Shown here piece by piece: positions 39,935 to 51,728 of a stretch of 64,000 bases of DNA; the stretch's first letter is position 1, and every line of letters begins with the position of its first letter. The notes beneath the pieces were generated by a model. It was not told the DNA's origin. It did not search any database and saw nothing but the letters and a program-made list of their open reading frames with translations. This DNA is from Octopus sinensis (taxonomy: Eukaryota), in NCBI RefSeq assembly GCF_006345805.1, contig NC_043006.1:71858001-71922000 (forward strand). The letters are read 5' to 3'. The translations under genes and the position numbers were made by a program.

Positions 39935-41119
39935 TTATATATATGTATGTGTGGGTCATTGTTCCCTACTACCACTTGACGGTGTGTTTACACTCCTGTA
40001 ACTTAACGGTTCGGCAAATGGGATTGAGGCTTAAAACATTAAAAAAAGTAATAAGTGCTGGGGTTCTGCTAATTACATTTTTTGTCTTACAAATAAAAGA
40101 GAAGAAACCGATTTCCCCCACCCAAACTTCCAGTCGAAGTAGAAATATACTCTCTACATAAATAATATCTATAGTTATTGTTGTTTCATCCCAGGTCAAC
40201 TCTGACTGAGCTATCGTCAAAGGCAATCCTAATGTGACCTTCACCTTTAACAGTATAGCTTATTCTATTCTTTTATATGTATAAAACACAAGAGACAGGG
40301 CACTGTGCTTAAAATCCTTTCCAGAGTCGGTGCAACTAGAAGGCAGACAGTTATTCTCAAGCCAAAGACCTGCCCCGAATGCTTGCAACAGAGTAGACCC
40401 AACTAAATGCAAAGGACCAGCTGTGATTTTAAAACCTGCGAAGGGCTTAATGCTACATTATACATTCTCAACAAGGATGCTTCAGAGGAGTATTAAATCA
40501 ACCTCACTACTATGTATTTTACAGACGCCAAGATGTAAACTTTGGCGAGATTTAAACTCAGAGCGTAAAGGGCCATAACTAAATAATACATGTCAGTTTA
40601 TTCGATGCTCAACGATCCTGTCAATCCATCAAGGCGCTTCACGTTCTAAGTTTAGATCTCGCTGAAGTCAACATTTACTTTCTACATTCCGGGGTCGATA
40701 GAATAAAGTACCAGCCACGAAGTGAGACTGATACAATATTCCTTCAAAGCATTCTAGATGCGAATGAAATTATAGCAGAAGACCATGTCCAACATTAGCT
40801 GGATGTTTCGAGCTGCATTTGTTTAAAGCGGATCTTTCCCATACAAATACACCACAACAACGTTATCTCACCCCTCGGTCATCTTAATATCCGTAAGCCT
40901 TTTACATCAGAGACATAAACCTTTCATATTTACACCCCATCCCCATATTTTACACAACAGACTTCCTTGCAAAGCATTAAATATCAGATGCTTGCAATTT
41001 ACTTCGTCTTCTTCTCGGCATATAAGCTTTACAGCTGTAACAAGGATTAGTTCTGTTTTAGGGGTGTAAATGTATGTGTGTGTATACACACACGTACATA
41101 TATATATATACACACATAC

Positions 41120-41326
41120 TTCAAACAATCATTTTCAAAGCAGCCGCCATGTTATGGAGGGGAAGTAACTGTCTGTGACGACTATAATCCTCTTTAATCC
41201 GAACGATAAGCCGTTTTCTTCATGAAAGCGTTCCTTTGTCTTTGTAATTATGAGCCAACCCATGTAAAAACAAAACCTTTGGCATTTTTAACATTTACAT
41301 GAGAACTATACAGAATATCTCTGATG
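41120..41326 (-). other. Putative second 5'UTR exon carrying a uORF (MAAALKMIV*, 41150-41121)
   Basis: ctgccgcag| acceptor 120 nt below the cassette donor; GAA|gtatgt donor at 41119. Contains AACATGGCGGC (YY1-like motif and strong ATG context). Confidence 0.4.
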
Positions 41327-41446
41327 CTGCGGCAGATGTACAAAAAAGAGTAATACATTGGCATTTGAACAAAAGCAGACACCGGGTTTCATGTAAGTGC
41401 AGCAAATATGTCAACAAAAATGTAAATAAAACAACGAAATACTTAC

Positions 41447-41662
41447 AGCAAGAACATGAATGGCAATTGAAGCCAGCAGATAGGTGTGAATAGATGAAGC
41501 AGTTTTTATCTTAATTTAGCCGATATATAAGAAGATAAAGTAGTTTTCTACATTTGTAATTTGAATGAAGTTCCCCTGGGATCTCAGATAATATAAGGAC
41601 ATAATATCTGGGATGTTTCTAACTTCAGTAAACAGAAGAAAGCTAATAAGGGGAGTTAACTA
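41447..41662 (-). promoter_or_regulatory. Putative non-coding first exon (cassette copy 3) of the zinc-finger gene
   Basis: Ends in CT|GTAAGTATTT (donor 41446-41441) and begins near AGTTAACTCCCCT. Homologous to three other copies; lies in a CpG-retaining zone about 4 kb upstream of the ZNF exon. Confidence 0.55.
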
Positions 41663-42793
41663 GGGACACATATTAACTGTATACAGATATCAGTTTTATG
41701 TTGCATACTAATGTTTAATAATTACCTCCCCTCTCATAACGCCTAGCCATCCTTTTCATGTATATATATATCAGCATGTATGTAAATATATAATGAGATC
41801 GTCCTAAAAACGAGACCCTCGGTGGTTTCTGTTACCAGGAAAAGGGTGTAAGGTCAGGTTTATCCCCACCATAGCCTTTGTTTTTGCCGTGCTGAATCTT
41901 GAACAAGAAATAGGAAGCATCTTTGTAAGAAATTTTTTACTTATTAAAGTAGGTCGGCCGCATCATCATCACTACAAACAACAATTGTAACAGGTTTTGA
42001 TTATAAAGATTTGTAGCCCGACGGGAAATATAGGGAATAAAGGAGATGGTGGGGTTAGTGAAGCTTGCATGAGAAGGATATTGACGATGGAATCAAGCAG
42101 CGATCCGGTCAGTTAACACGAGCTAGAAGCTTAGTTCTAGACAACAGGCAATGAGTCATAAGCATGTCTGAAGTTAATCCTGACCAAATCTCGATAGAGA
42201 TACAACCTGACCTTAATCTGTACAGCTTGATTTATTGTTTATAAATGGTAAATGTATCATCTGTAGCATACAGAGGCTACAGTTTGAACTCAAACTGTCC
42301 ATTATTTTTTACACACTGAATTACTGTATACGAGGTATCCTGCGAATGTATAGTCCTTGAGAAAGTGCGCGCGCGCGTGAAAGAGAAAGAGAGAGATTAA
42401 TATATCTTTTCTGAAACAGAAAAGATACAATACGTAATAAATTTTTGGAATAGCTCTCCCTCAAAATCTCATACTTCATGTGAAAGGAAAAGAGTCTCTC
42501 TTCCTTTATTTTTCGGCAAAAGGGTGGTGCTCCAGCATGGCCCCAGCCTCTGGCTGAAACTGATAAAAGAATCTTAGTGTCTTATACAATACAAATTACG
42601 ATTCTAAAAACATATTTGTGCCTTCATCTCCTCCCTTAACATGAACAATAAGACATCACAGGACAGCTACTCCAAAACTTCGCCTAATACAGAATATATT
42701 CAACCCTTTCAAATAATATATATAACAAAGAAATATATTCTTATGAAATTTTTCAAAGACCTTACAAATAAAAGAGAAGAAACCTGAGAGCCC

Positions 42794-42970
42794 TGATCGA
42801 ACACACCTATAATCAAAGACGATCCAATGTGTTCATTCTTAACACAAAATAAGAGTAGGAATCTTAGCTGTTATTTCAGATGACCGCATAGAGGACCCCT
42901 TTGACATTGGGCATAGTCTCAAAGTAAAAAACATACATATACTTTTATATTAACTGTAAGTAGAAAATCT
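42794..42970 (+). repeat. 177/178-bp direct duplication, copy A (copy B at 46434-46611)
   Basis: The two copies differ by four transitions and one 1-nt indel (counted by eye). Confidence 0.95.
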
Positions 42971-43653
42971 ATGTGAAGGTAAAGATCTTCCAACCATGAC
43001 CAACCTAACTTTTATTAAATTATAACAAAGGCTACATTATCTAACATGTTCCGCCTTTGTATTTAGTGAGGTCAAAAAGGTGAATGTGCCTAAGGCCCTG
43101 GTAATATAATCTTCTGGTTTCAAATGAGTCATGATAAAGAGCATCAAGTGAAATGAAGATACAAGTTAAAGTTGACTGCTGCATTTATTTCACTGCTAAT
43201 AGAAGATGCAGCAAAGTGGTGTACATGAATAATTCTGTTGAAATACATTGGTTCCTCATGCAGCTTGTTCATGTTAAGGTGTGCAGGAAAAACACAAAGC
43301 ATGGTGACAAGAATCTCTCCTCACTGGTATTTTAAAAGAAAATCCTTGTTTTTGTGGCCACTGGGTATGCTCAAACAGACCACACATTTTGCTGTGTTAG
43401 GAAGAAGTCTGACTAGATGACTCAGATCATCCAATCAGCATGAACAGGTATGGTCATATGACGACATGCAGAAGAACCAGCATAGGAACCAAAACGGGCC
43501 TATTTAAGTCAAGAAGGCCAATTAATGAACATAGTATACACTATATGTGTTTAACCCTAAGTCAGCCTCAGTCCAGCAGACTTAGGATCAAAGTTATTCT
43601 AGCTGTAATAATGCTGTCTTTTATTAAGTAAGGCAATATACTGCAACCTAATG

Positions 43654-43950
43654 AAGGCACATGACTCAGTGGTTAGAATGTTGGGCTCACAATCGCGCAG
43701 TAGTGAGTTTGACACCTGGACCAGGCTGTGATCTGTTCTTGAGCAAAACACTTCATTTCACATTGTTCCAGTTCACTCAGCTGTAGAAATGAGTTGCAAT
43801 GTCCCTGGTGCCAAGCTGTATCGGCCCTTGCCTTTCCCTTGGATAACATCAACGGCATGGAGAGGGGAGGCTGGTATGCATGGGCAACTGCAAGACTTCC
43901 ATAAATAACCTTGTCCAGACTTGTGCCTCAGAGGTGAACATTCTAAGTGC
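43654..43950 (+). mobile_element. tRNA-derived SINE (family C)
   Basis: GGCACATGACTCAGTGGTTAG A-box-like head and TTGAGCAAAACACTT..CAGTTCACTCAGCTGTAGAAATGAG core. Other copies at about 27000-27315 (+) and 8530-9050 (-, split by an RTE tail). Confidence 0.8.
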
Positions 43951-44132
43951 ATATAGCCACTCTTCAGGTTAAAAATAACAACAATAATAAAATAATTAAT
44001 TAGATAAATTGATAAATATACGTAAATAATCTTATAAAATATTAAATATTTTAACAAATATATTCTTGTTTAAAAAATGAGATACAATTAATTAAAATAT
44101 TTAAAATAAATATCTATCTATCTATCTATCTA

Positions 44133-44164
<32 letters not shown>

Positions 44165-44242
44165 CATATATAAGATACTAAATATACATTAAGTGAAAAT
44201 GAAATACAACACTTTAAACTATATACATTAAATCAAATATAT

Positions 44243-44274
<32 letters not shown>

Positions 44275-46640
44275 ATATATATATATACAGGGAGAAGTCA
44301 CAAAAAAACAAAAGACGAAGACAGGTGGTGTAGACAACAAACAGATGTATTAGTTCAATGCTTGGGAAGTGAAAAAGTCTTTAACATTTCGAGCCTACGC
44401 TCTTCCACAGAAAGGAACACAGAGAGAAAATAAAGAATGTGTAGTGGCTAGTGATCTGTCATAGCGAATATATCATCATCATCATCATTTAACGTCCGCT
44501 TTCCATGCTAGCATGGGTTGGATGATTTGACTGAGGGCTGGCGGACCGGATGGCTGCACCAGGCTCCAGTCTTGATCTGGCAGAGTTTCTACAGCTGGAT
44601 GCCCTTCCTAACGCCAACCACTCCAAGAATGTAGTGGGTGCTTTTACGTGGCACCGGCACGGGGGCCAGTCAGGTGGTACTGGCAACGATCATGCTCAGA
44701 TGGTGCTCTTGGCACCCTACTAGCACGGGGCACAAGTGCCAGTAAGGTGACGCTGGTAACAACCACACTCGAATGGTGCGTGTTATGTGCCACTAGTACG
44801 GAAGCCAGTTAGCTGCTCTGTCAACGATCACACTCGTATGGTGCTCTTTGCACCTCGCTAGCTCAGATGCTAGTCATCGAATACAAATGTTGTCTCTTGT
44901 TACTTCTAATCACAATATTTGGAAGACACATCTTGAGTATATATATAAAGGTATCTAAGTTACCACATGGTGGTGGTATTAAACTAAGAGATGGTTTAAG
45001 TTTGGGCTTTGATCTTTATGGTACTTTCACCAACCATTTTACCAAATTTACTAGGTGCCTTTTATTGTGACATTAGAAGTCTAGTCTTGTCAACTCAAAC
45101 AGTTGAGTGTTATGATTTACATATATTACAGTATGTTGATTTATGTTCAGGGTTAAAATCTCAACTGCGTTAACTTCAATGCAGGCAAGAAATGAAATAA
45201 GTTACTTACAGAGATCAAATAAGTTGTACAGCTCTCTTTTACGCATTTAAGGGATTTGTGCAGTTAAGAAAATTACATGGTTGAAGACAGGATCCTTAGA
45301 TTCACTTGTATCACGTTCCTAACAATAATAAATGTTAGTTCATTACCAGGTCCTGTTTGACGCCATCTGGACATAAAATAGCTTGAAAACCTCATTTATT
45401 TCATAGTGTCAAAATATGAAAACATTTCCAGCGAGATGTTAATCACCTAATCAAATTAAATGTTTTAGTCCCACGTAATTTAACCACCTTGGAGAGGATC
45501 AACTGTGACACTGAACCTGGAACTATGTGGTTGGCAAGCAAGTAACTTACCACACAGCCACTCCTGCGCTTATAGTTATGTATGTTATTTTTCTTTTATT
45601 AATTCTATTTCCTTACATGGATTAGAAATCGAGAGCAAAAATATTTTAATCCAAAAACATAATCAACATACTATTGAAGGGATAAAGGTAAATATTGAGA
45701 ATTCAGAGATGTTATCACAAATATCTTCCCAGAAGATTGGGTATGTCCGAAATGTCAGAACCCATCTCTCCCTCACAACATACAAGCTTATTGTATTTCA
45801 TGAATATTACTACATGGTCAGCGAGAAATAGCAGTTAAACTTCTCTCAAATAATAACATTTTGAAAAATAAAGAAGCTAATATTGTACCATATGTAAACT
45901 TACATCAACATGAATCCACTGTTGAGTTTTTAAGTCCACATCATGCCGAGTAGAACCCATATCCTGGTTAAAATAAGAACTAGTCAAATACAGGAGTTGT
46001 TCTAATCAGTTATATCCTCCATACAAAATTGTGATCTTGTGCCTGTGTAGTCCTAGATACATTGTGACTGATGATAGAAAGACAAGATAGCCCAGCACCA
46101 TGTAGAGACTACGCTAGTCAGTAAGACAATTTTTAGGTTATACGACACGAGTTCCCGCGACCAATCATGAAAAATCTTATAATATCCAAATTGTTAATTA
46201 CTTAAACAATTAATCGATTCCTAGAACTCTCTCCGACAGAAACCATCTTTAATTATACGAAGACAAGGAAAACGATTCTATAATTGACAATTTCTGTAAG
46301 GTGGTGAATGACAGGATTGAACAAATTTTTTGTAGTATTTAGTCACGTTTATTTACTGCGAGTCCCGCTGAAGTCAAATTTATCTGTCATTCTTCCACAA
46401 TAGATAAACTAAGTACCAGTTTTTATTGTTTATTGATCGAACACACCTATAATCAAAGACGATCCAATGTGTTCATTCTTAACACAAAATAAGAGTAGGA
46501 ACCTTAGCTGTTATTTCGGATGACCGCATAGAGGACCCCTTTGACATTGGGCATAGTCTCAAAGTAAAAAAACACACATATACCTTTATATTAACTGTAA
46601 GTAGAAAATCTGGGCGAAGGTATACGCACACCCGGTGTTG

Positions 46641-46690
46641 AGGGTTAGGATTAGGGTTTAGGGTTAGTTTTAGGGTTTAGGATTAGGGTT
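46641..46690 (+). repeat. Interstitial telomere-like tract of degenerate TTAGGG/TTTAGGG units
   Basis: agggttaggattagggtttagggttagttttagggtttaggattagggtt. Confidence 0.8.
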
Positions 46691-46881
46691 TTTGTTACGC
46701 CAAAAACGGGGGATATGCGTATTCTTTACCTCCGCCGAAATCTGATGTTGCTGTCAACTTAGAAACAGCGTAAAATAGAAGAAACATGAAATTTGAATGA
46801 ATAACTATAGGAGGCACAGACTTTGATGTAAACAGAACAAATGTTTGTAAATAAGACTGTAAAAAAAAGTGTAATACTTAC

Positions 46882-47049
46882 AAAAAAGAACATGAATGGA
46901 TGCTTAAGTGAGCTAAGAGATATGAAAAGATGAAGTAATTCAATTTGTAATGTGAATGAAATTTCCAGGGATCTTTGATAACGTCGTAGGATTAAAAGGT
47001 CCGATATGTTTCTAAGTTCAACACAAATGATGAGCAAGGGGGATAACTA
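46882..47049 (-). promoter_or_regulatory. First-exon cassette copy 4 (shorter)
   Basis: AGTTATCCCCCTT ... CATCCATTCATGTTCTTTTTT|GTAAGTATT (donor 46881-46876). Candidate acceptor about 124 nt downstream. Confidence 0.45.
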
Positions 47050-48509
47050 TGTGGGGTACTCAAAACGTAGCAAATATTAGAGGGTTGAGTAAAATACAGG
47101 GAGGCTAGCTGCTTGTAAAAGTGGATGCTAACGTACTTTATACAGTGAAACAAGATATTAATTAAAATTAAACACTTAGTCTTAAAAAAAGGCCATTTTG
47201 TAAACGACTAATAATGGGCATACATGGTAGGGGGGACAACCCTGCATATCATTTAAATATAAAATACAGCATGAGGAATAAAAATGTTTATCATTGGTGC
47301 AGTCATAACTCTAAACATATTTCGGTATTATTAGACCTCACCAGCGAAGTATACTAATTAGAAATACATTAATGCATGTATGTTTATACAAATTTTGTAA
47401 AGATATACAATATATACAAATGTTGTAAAGATCAAACTGACTACTCATACTATATAATCACACCATCACTATTATTATCATCTAAATGCTTTCTACTTCT
47501 TTAACATGTTTTAAAACAATAACCATATTTGAATAGTGATTATATGAACAATACATATATACTTGTATGCATGCATGGATTCACAAACGCGAGCGCATAC
47601 GTACACACATCACATTTTTACAAGAAAGGCTGACAGTGAATTCAAAGTTTGGCTTGCTCACCTTTGCCAAACATTTATAAGGTGGGTAAGCGATGACTTT
47701 GGAGTTACTGTCAGCTTTTTTCTTGTAAAAATCAATAAAAATATTGAGTTATCTTTCAGTTTCATTTTAAATTGTTATATATAATTTGAATAAAAACAAG
47801 CATTAACACACACACACACACATGTCACTCTGTAAGGTGGTTGGTGTTAGGAAGGGCATCCAGTCATACAATCCCAGCCAAAACAGACAGTGAAGCTTGG
47901 TGCAATCTTCTGCCTAACCAGCCTCTGTAAAACCATCCAACCCATGCCAGCATGGAAAACAGATGTATGATGATGATATATATATCATGATTTAAGATCC
48001 ACTTTCCATACTTGCATGTGTTGGGCATTAGGAAGGGCATCAATCTGTGGAAACCATACCAAACCAGACTAGAGCCTGGTGCAGCTCTGGACAAACCGGC
48101 CAACCCATGCCAGCATGAAAAACAGATGTTAAACAATGAACATGATGGTTTTCTACAGGTTCACACTCTCTCCTTATATATATATGTTTATACACACATT
48201 CATACAGTCTTGCAAGCTTCATGGTGACCTCACTAATGCTGGTGACACAAATAAAGCTCATAGTATAAGCTATAAAGTGGTTGCCATTAGAGAGGGCATC
48301 CAGCCATAGAAATCATACCAAAGCAAACGCTGGAACATGATACAGTCATTGTATCCATTAGATCCTGTCAAACCATCCAATTTGTGGCAGCATGGAACAT
48401 GGATGTTAAATAATGATGATGAGGATGATGAATGAACATGATAACACTGTTTTGTTCAAATGGTATCATGTGAAAACATATGGAAAGTAAACATTCTCAT
48501 GCACACACA

Positions 48510-48726
48510 TACAATGCGGTGCTGAAAAGTTCCTGGCTTTGAGTAAAAGAAAATACAGGAGGATCAGTTATGATTTTATTCAACATATTCTCCTCTCAGA
48601 TTCGAACACCTATTGCAGCAGTCCTTCAGTTTTTCTAAGCCCTGTAAAAGAACTCAGAAGATTGGGCCTCCAACTAGACCTTTCATGATAACCTTAAAGC
48701 TAGGAACTTTTCAGCACCCCCTCGTG
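48510..48726. mobile_element. Mariner-like MITE of about 215 bp
   Basis: GGTGCTGAAAAGTTCCTGGCTTT ... AAAGCTAGGAACTTTTCAGCACCCC. Other copies at about 28596-28790, 57200-57425 and 58678-59085. Confidence 0.8.
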
Positions 48727-51531
48727 CATATACATATATGTATACAATAGTCTTCTTTTAGTTTCTGTCTACCAAATCCATTCACAAGGCTTAATTGGCT
48801 TGAGGCTATAGAAGATACTTGTCCAAGGTGTCACACATTGGACAAGACTACCAGCTTTTTAACCACAAATTCTGAAAGATGCACTGGACAATGTTTAATG
48901 GCAGTTTGGAATCAAGACACTGTTAGGTAGTATGAAAGACAATTGTTTGGGATTCTTTCTACTGAATTTCTTACAATTTAAATTTTCACTTGGAATTACC
49001 TAATCCCATGTTATGTTGTTATTTTTATATCAGTGGATACATTGCTCAGTGCATTGTTAAAGATGGCAATAGGGAAGGAGATACGGTCATTTGTGGCAGG
49101 TTGAATGACAGCAGAAAAACATCCATGTTGGTATATGTTATCATCATTTAGCATCCGTTTTCCATACTGACATTGGTTTGATGGTTTGACATAAGCTGGC
49201 AAGGCCAGGAGCCACACCAGATTCCATAGTCTGTTTTGGCTTGCTTTCCCCAGTTGGATACTCTTCCTAACATCAACCACTTTACAGAATGTATTGGGTG
49301 CTTTTTAAACAGCAACAACACCAGTGGGGTTTTTTTGTATGTGGCACCACCATATGCTTTTTACTTGGTACCAGCAGCAGTGCTTTTTAGGTTGCACTAG
49401 CAACAGGGACCCTTAAATGACAGCCAGTTTGGCCATATTTGGAAAATATCCTTGAAGATAAAATGGAAATCATTAAAAATATTTGTTGTGGCAGAGGGTA
49501 GTAAAATAGGTCTGTGGAAACCTGCTCTTTATTCACTTTCCTCAATTGAATTAAAAATTATTTAAGAAACCAGAACACTATGCTTAGCCTGCATACATCC
49601 TAATCAATGGGTAAGATGCTGTCTCTCAGATTTTAAAAATATTTTCAGTTTACAAAACAGATTTTTGTCATTCTCTTATTTGCTTCCTGCTCATTTAAAA
49701 TAATCATTAGTTCAACATTAGAGGTACCATGTAAAGAGCAACTGCACCAGCACTGCATAAAAGGTACCTGTGCTGGCATCACATAACATATCCTGTTGTC
49801 ACAGAAAAAGCAACTGTGCCAGTGCCATGTAAAAAGCACCCAGTACACTCTGTAAAGTGGTTGGCATTAGGAAGGGCATCCAGCTGTAGAAACCATGTCA
49901 AAATAGACAATTGGAGTCTGGTGCAGCCCTCCGGTTTGCCAGCACCTGTCAATCCGTCCAACCCATGCCAGAATGGAAAACAGATGTTAAATAATGATGA
50001 TTAGAGGGATTTCCAGAAGGTTGATGACAAAGGAAGTGGGGTTTGGATGAAGGAGTTAGCATTGTGAGACCCAGAATAAGTGGAGGAAATGGTATGCAAT
50101 TGTATGGAAACTGTTATAAATAACAGTGAGGTGACAGTGTGTCTGTAAGTTGGAATGTGTGATGAGTGAGTTCATGTTAATCAACCAGATGGTTTCTTTT
50201 TATTTGGTAAAATATTATCATATTATCATGCATGTAATAGCATCCTTATATGTTGGAGCAAACTCTGTTGTAGTCCCACTGAAGCTGTGTAAGGTCAGAT
50301 GTTAGAAGCTTAATTATGATCCAGATCTAAAGAAAGCTAATATTAACGATACAGTTTTTTACTATGTTATGGATGTCAAATCATCAGTGATTGAAATGAC
50401 TAGCTTTGTAGCTACTAAAGTAGAGGCACATGGCCAAGTGGTTTAGGGAGTTTGGCTTGTAATTGTAAGGCTGCAGGTTCAATTTCTAGACTAGGTGGCA
50501 CGTTATTTCTTTGAGCAAGGCAATTCATTCTATATTGCTGAAGGCTACACTCTGTAATGAATGCCAGCCATTGCTGGTGCAGCCTTTTTTCCTATTTCTT
50601 ATATTATAAACATTCTACTGGAACAAGGGTGACACAGCTGAGAGGGTGTTTGTCTGCTTAGACTACACGAGCACCGAAAACAGTGGTTCCCAAACATTTT
50701 GGGGTTGCTGGCTCCTTAGCACCCAGGTTGCATTCCTAGTCCCACCCCTTACTGCCACTACAAACATTGACCACTTTCTGCAGCAAATTCAAAACAACTG
50801 AATTTGATAAATAAAACTTAACCTAATTAACCCATAATTTTGTTGTTTTTACATCCATCACCCCCTTTTGGTTACCCCATTATCACCCCACTTTTCTTCA
50901 ACATCCCCCCAGCCCCCAAATTTTCCACTGCCCTCTCTAGGAGCTACTGACCTAAAACAATAAGTAGATGCATGATACAGATTAGCAAGCTGTGTTTGTT
51001 TTATGAGTGACAGCTGAGTGTATTTGTAGACTGAGGGTTGAATTGTCTCCTGACAAAGTTGGTGAGAAAGATATCTATCACTTTGAATATGAGGATTAAT
51101 TTTATGTAATTTTTTTTGTACAGTGGAAGAAAGCAAAGTTATAATTATGCATGTCCATGTTTATGAAAGTAGTGCAGGTATGATATGCAGAGTTTTTGAG
51201 AATGATACATCAAGTGTAGAATATAAATGAGTAGTGATGAGTGGTACCAACATCAGGAAGTATAATGTTAATGTAGGAAAGGAAAGATGAGGCTGATAAA
51301 ATAAGAAAACTTTACAAAAAATTAAATCCCAGAGATCAATATAATCAGCTAAACTGTTGAAGGCAGTGCTCCAGCATGACCACAGTCTAATGACTAAGAC
51401 CAGTAAAAGAGAGAAATATCACAAAGGCATGTTATTATAAAATACGTTTTATATATCTTTGGGGTGTAATTTTATAGGTAATATCAACAGGGATAAAGAA
51501 TTTTATTCAAGAACAATCCTAATTGTCAGAA

Positions 51532-51728
51532 TCACAGTCCTTTTTTAATTTTTTTCACAACAGGTTCACTATCATCAAGGCTGCTATCATTCCAATCAAC
51601 GTCATCTGTTAACCAGTCAAAATCATCATCAAATTCTTTGCTGAAATCTTCAACTTCCTCATGGTCTTTTTTAGTAGGAGTGGTTATTTTGAAATGTGAT
51701 GTAATCTCTGTTTGGTGACGCTTGGAAT
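51532..51728 (-). CDS. SMARCAL1: SMARCAL1 probable last coding exon (DSKRHQTEITSHFK..DFDWLTDDVDWNDSSLDDSEPVVKKIKKGL*)
   Basis: aattttgcag| acceptor in phase 1 matches the previous donor. Open for 197 nt to TGA at 51534-51532. Assigned by phase and position, not by homology. Confidence 0.7.

Noticed and set aside
50010-50200. Possible RTE RT-core remnant
   Set aside because: Too degenerate to recover a convincing motif.
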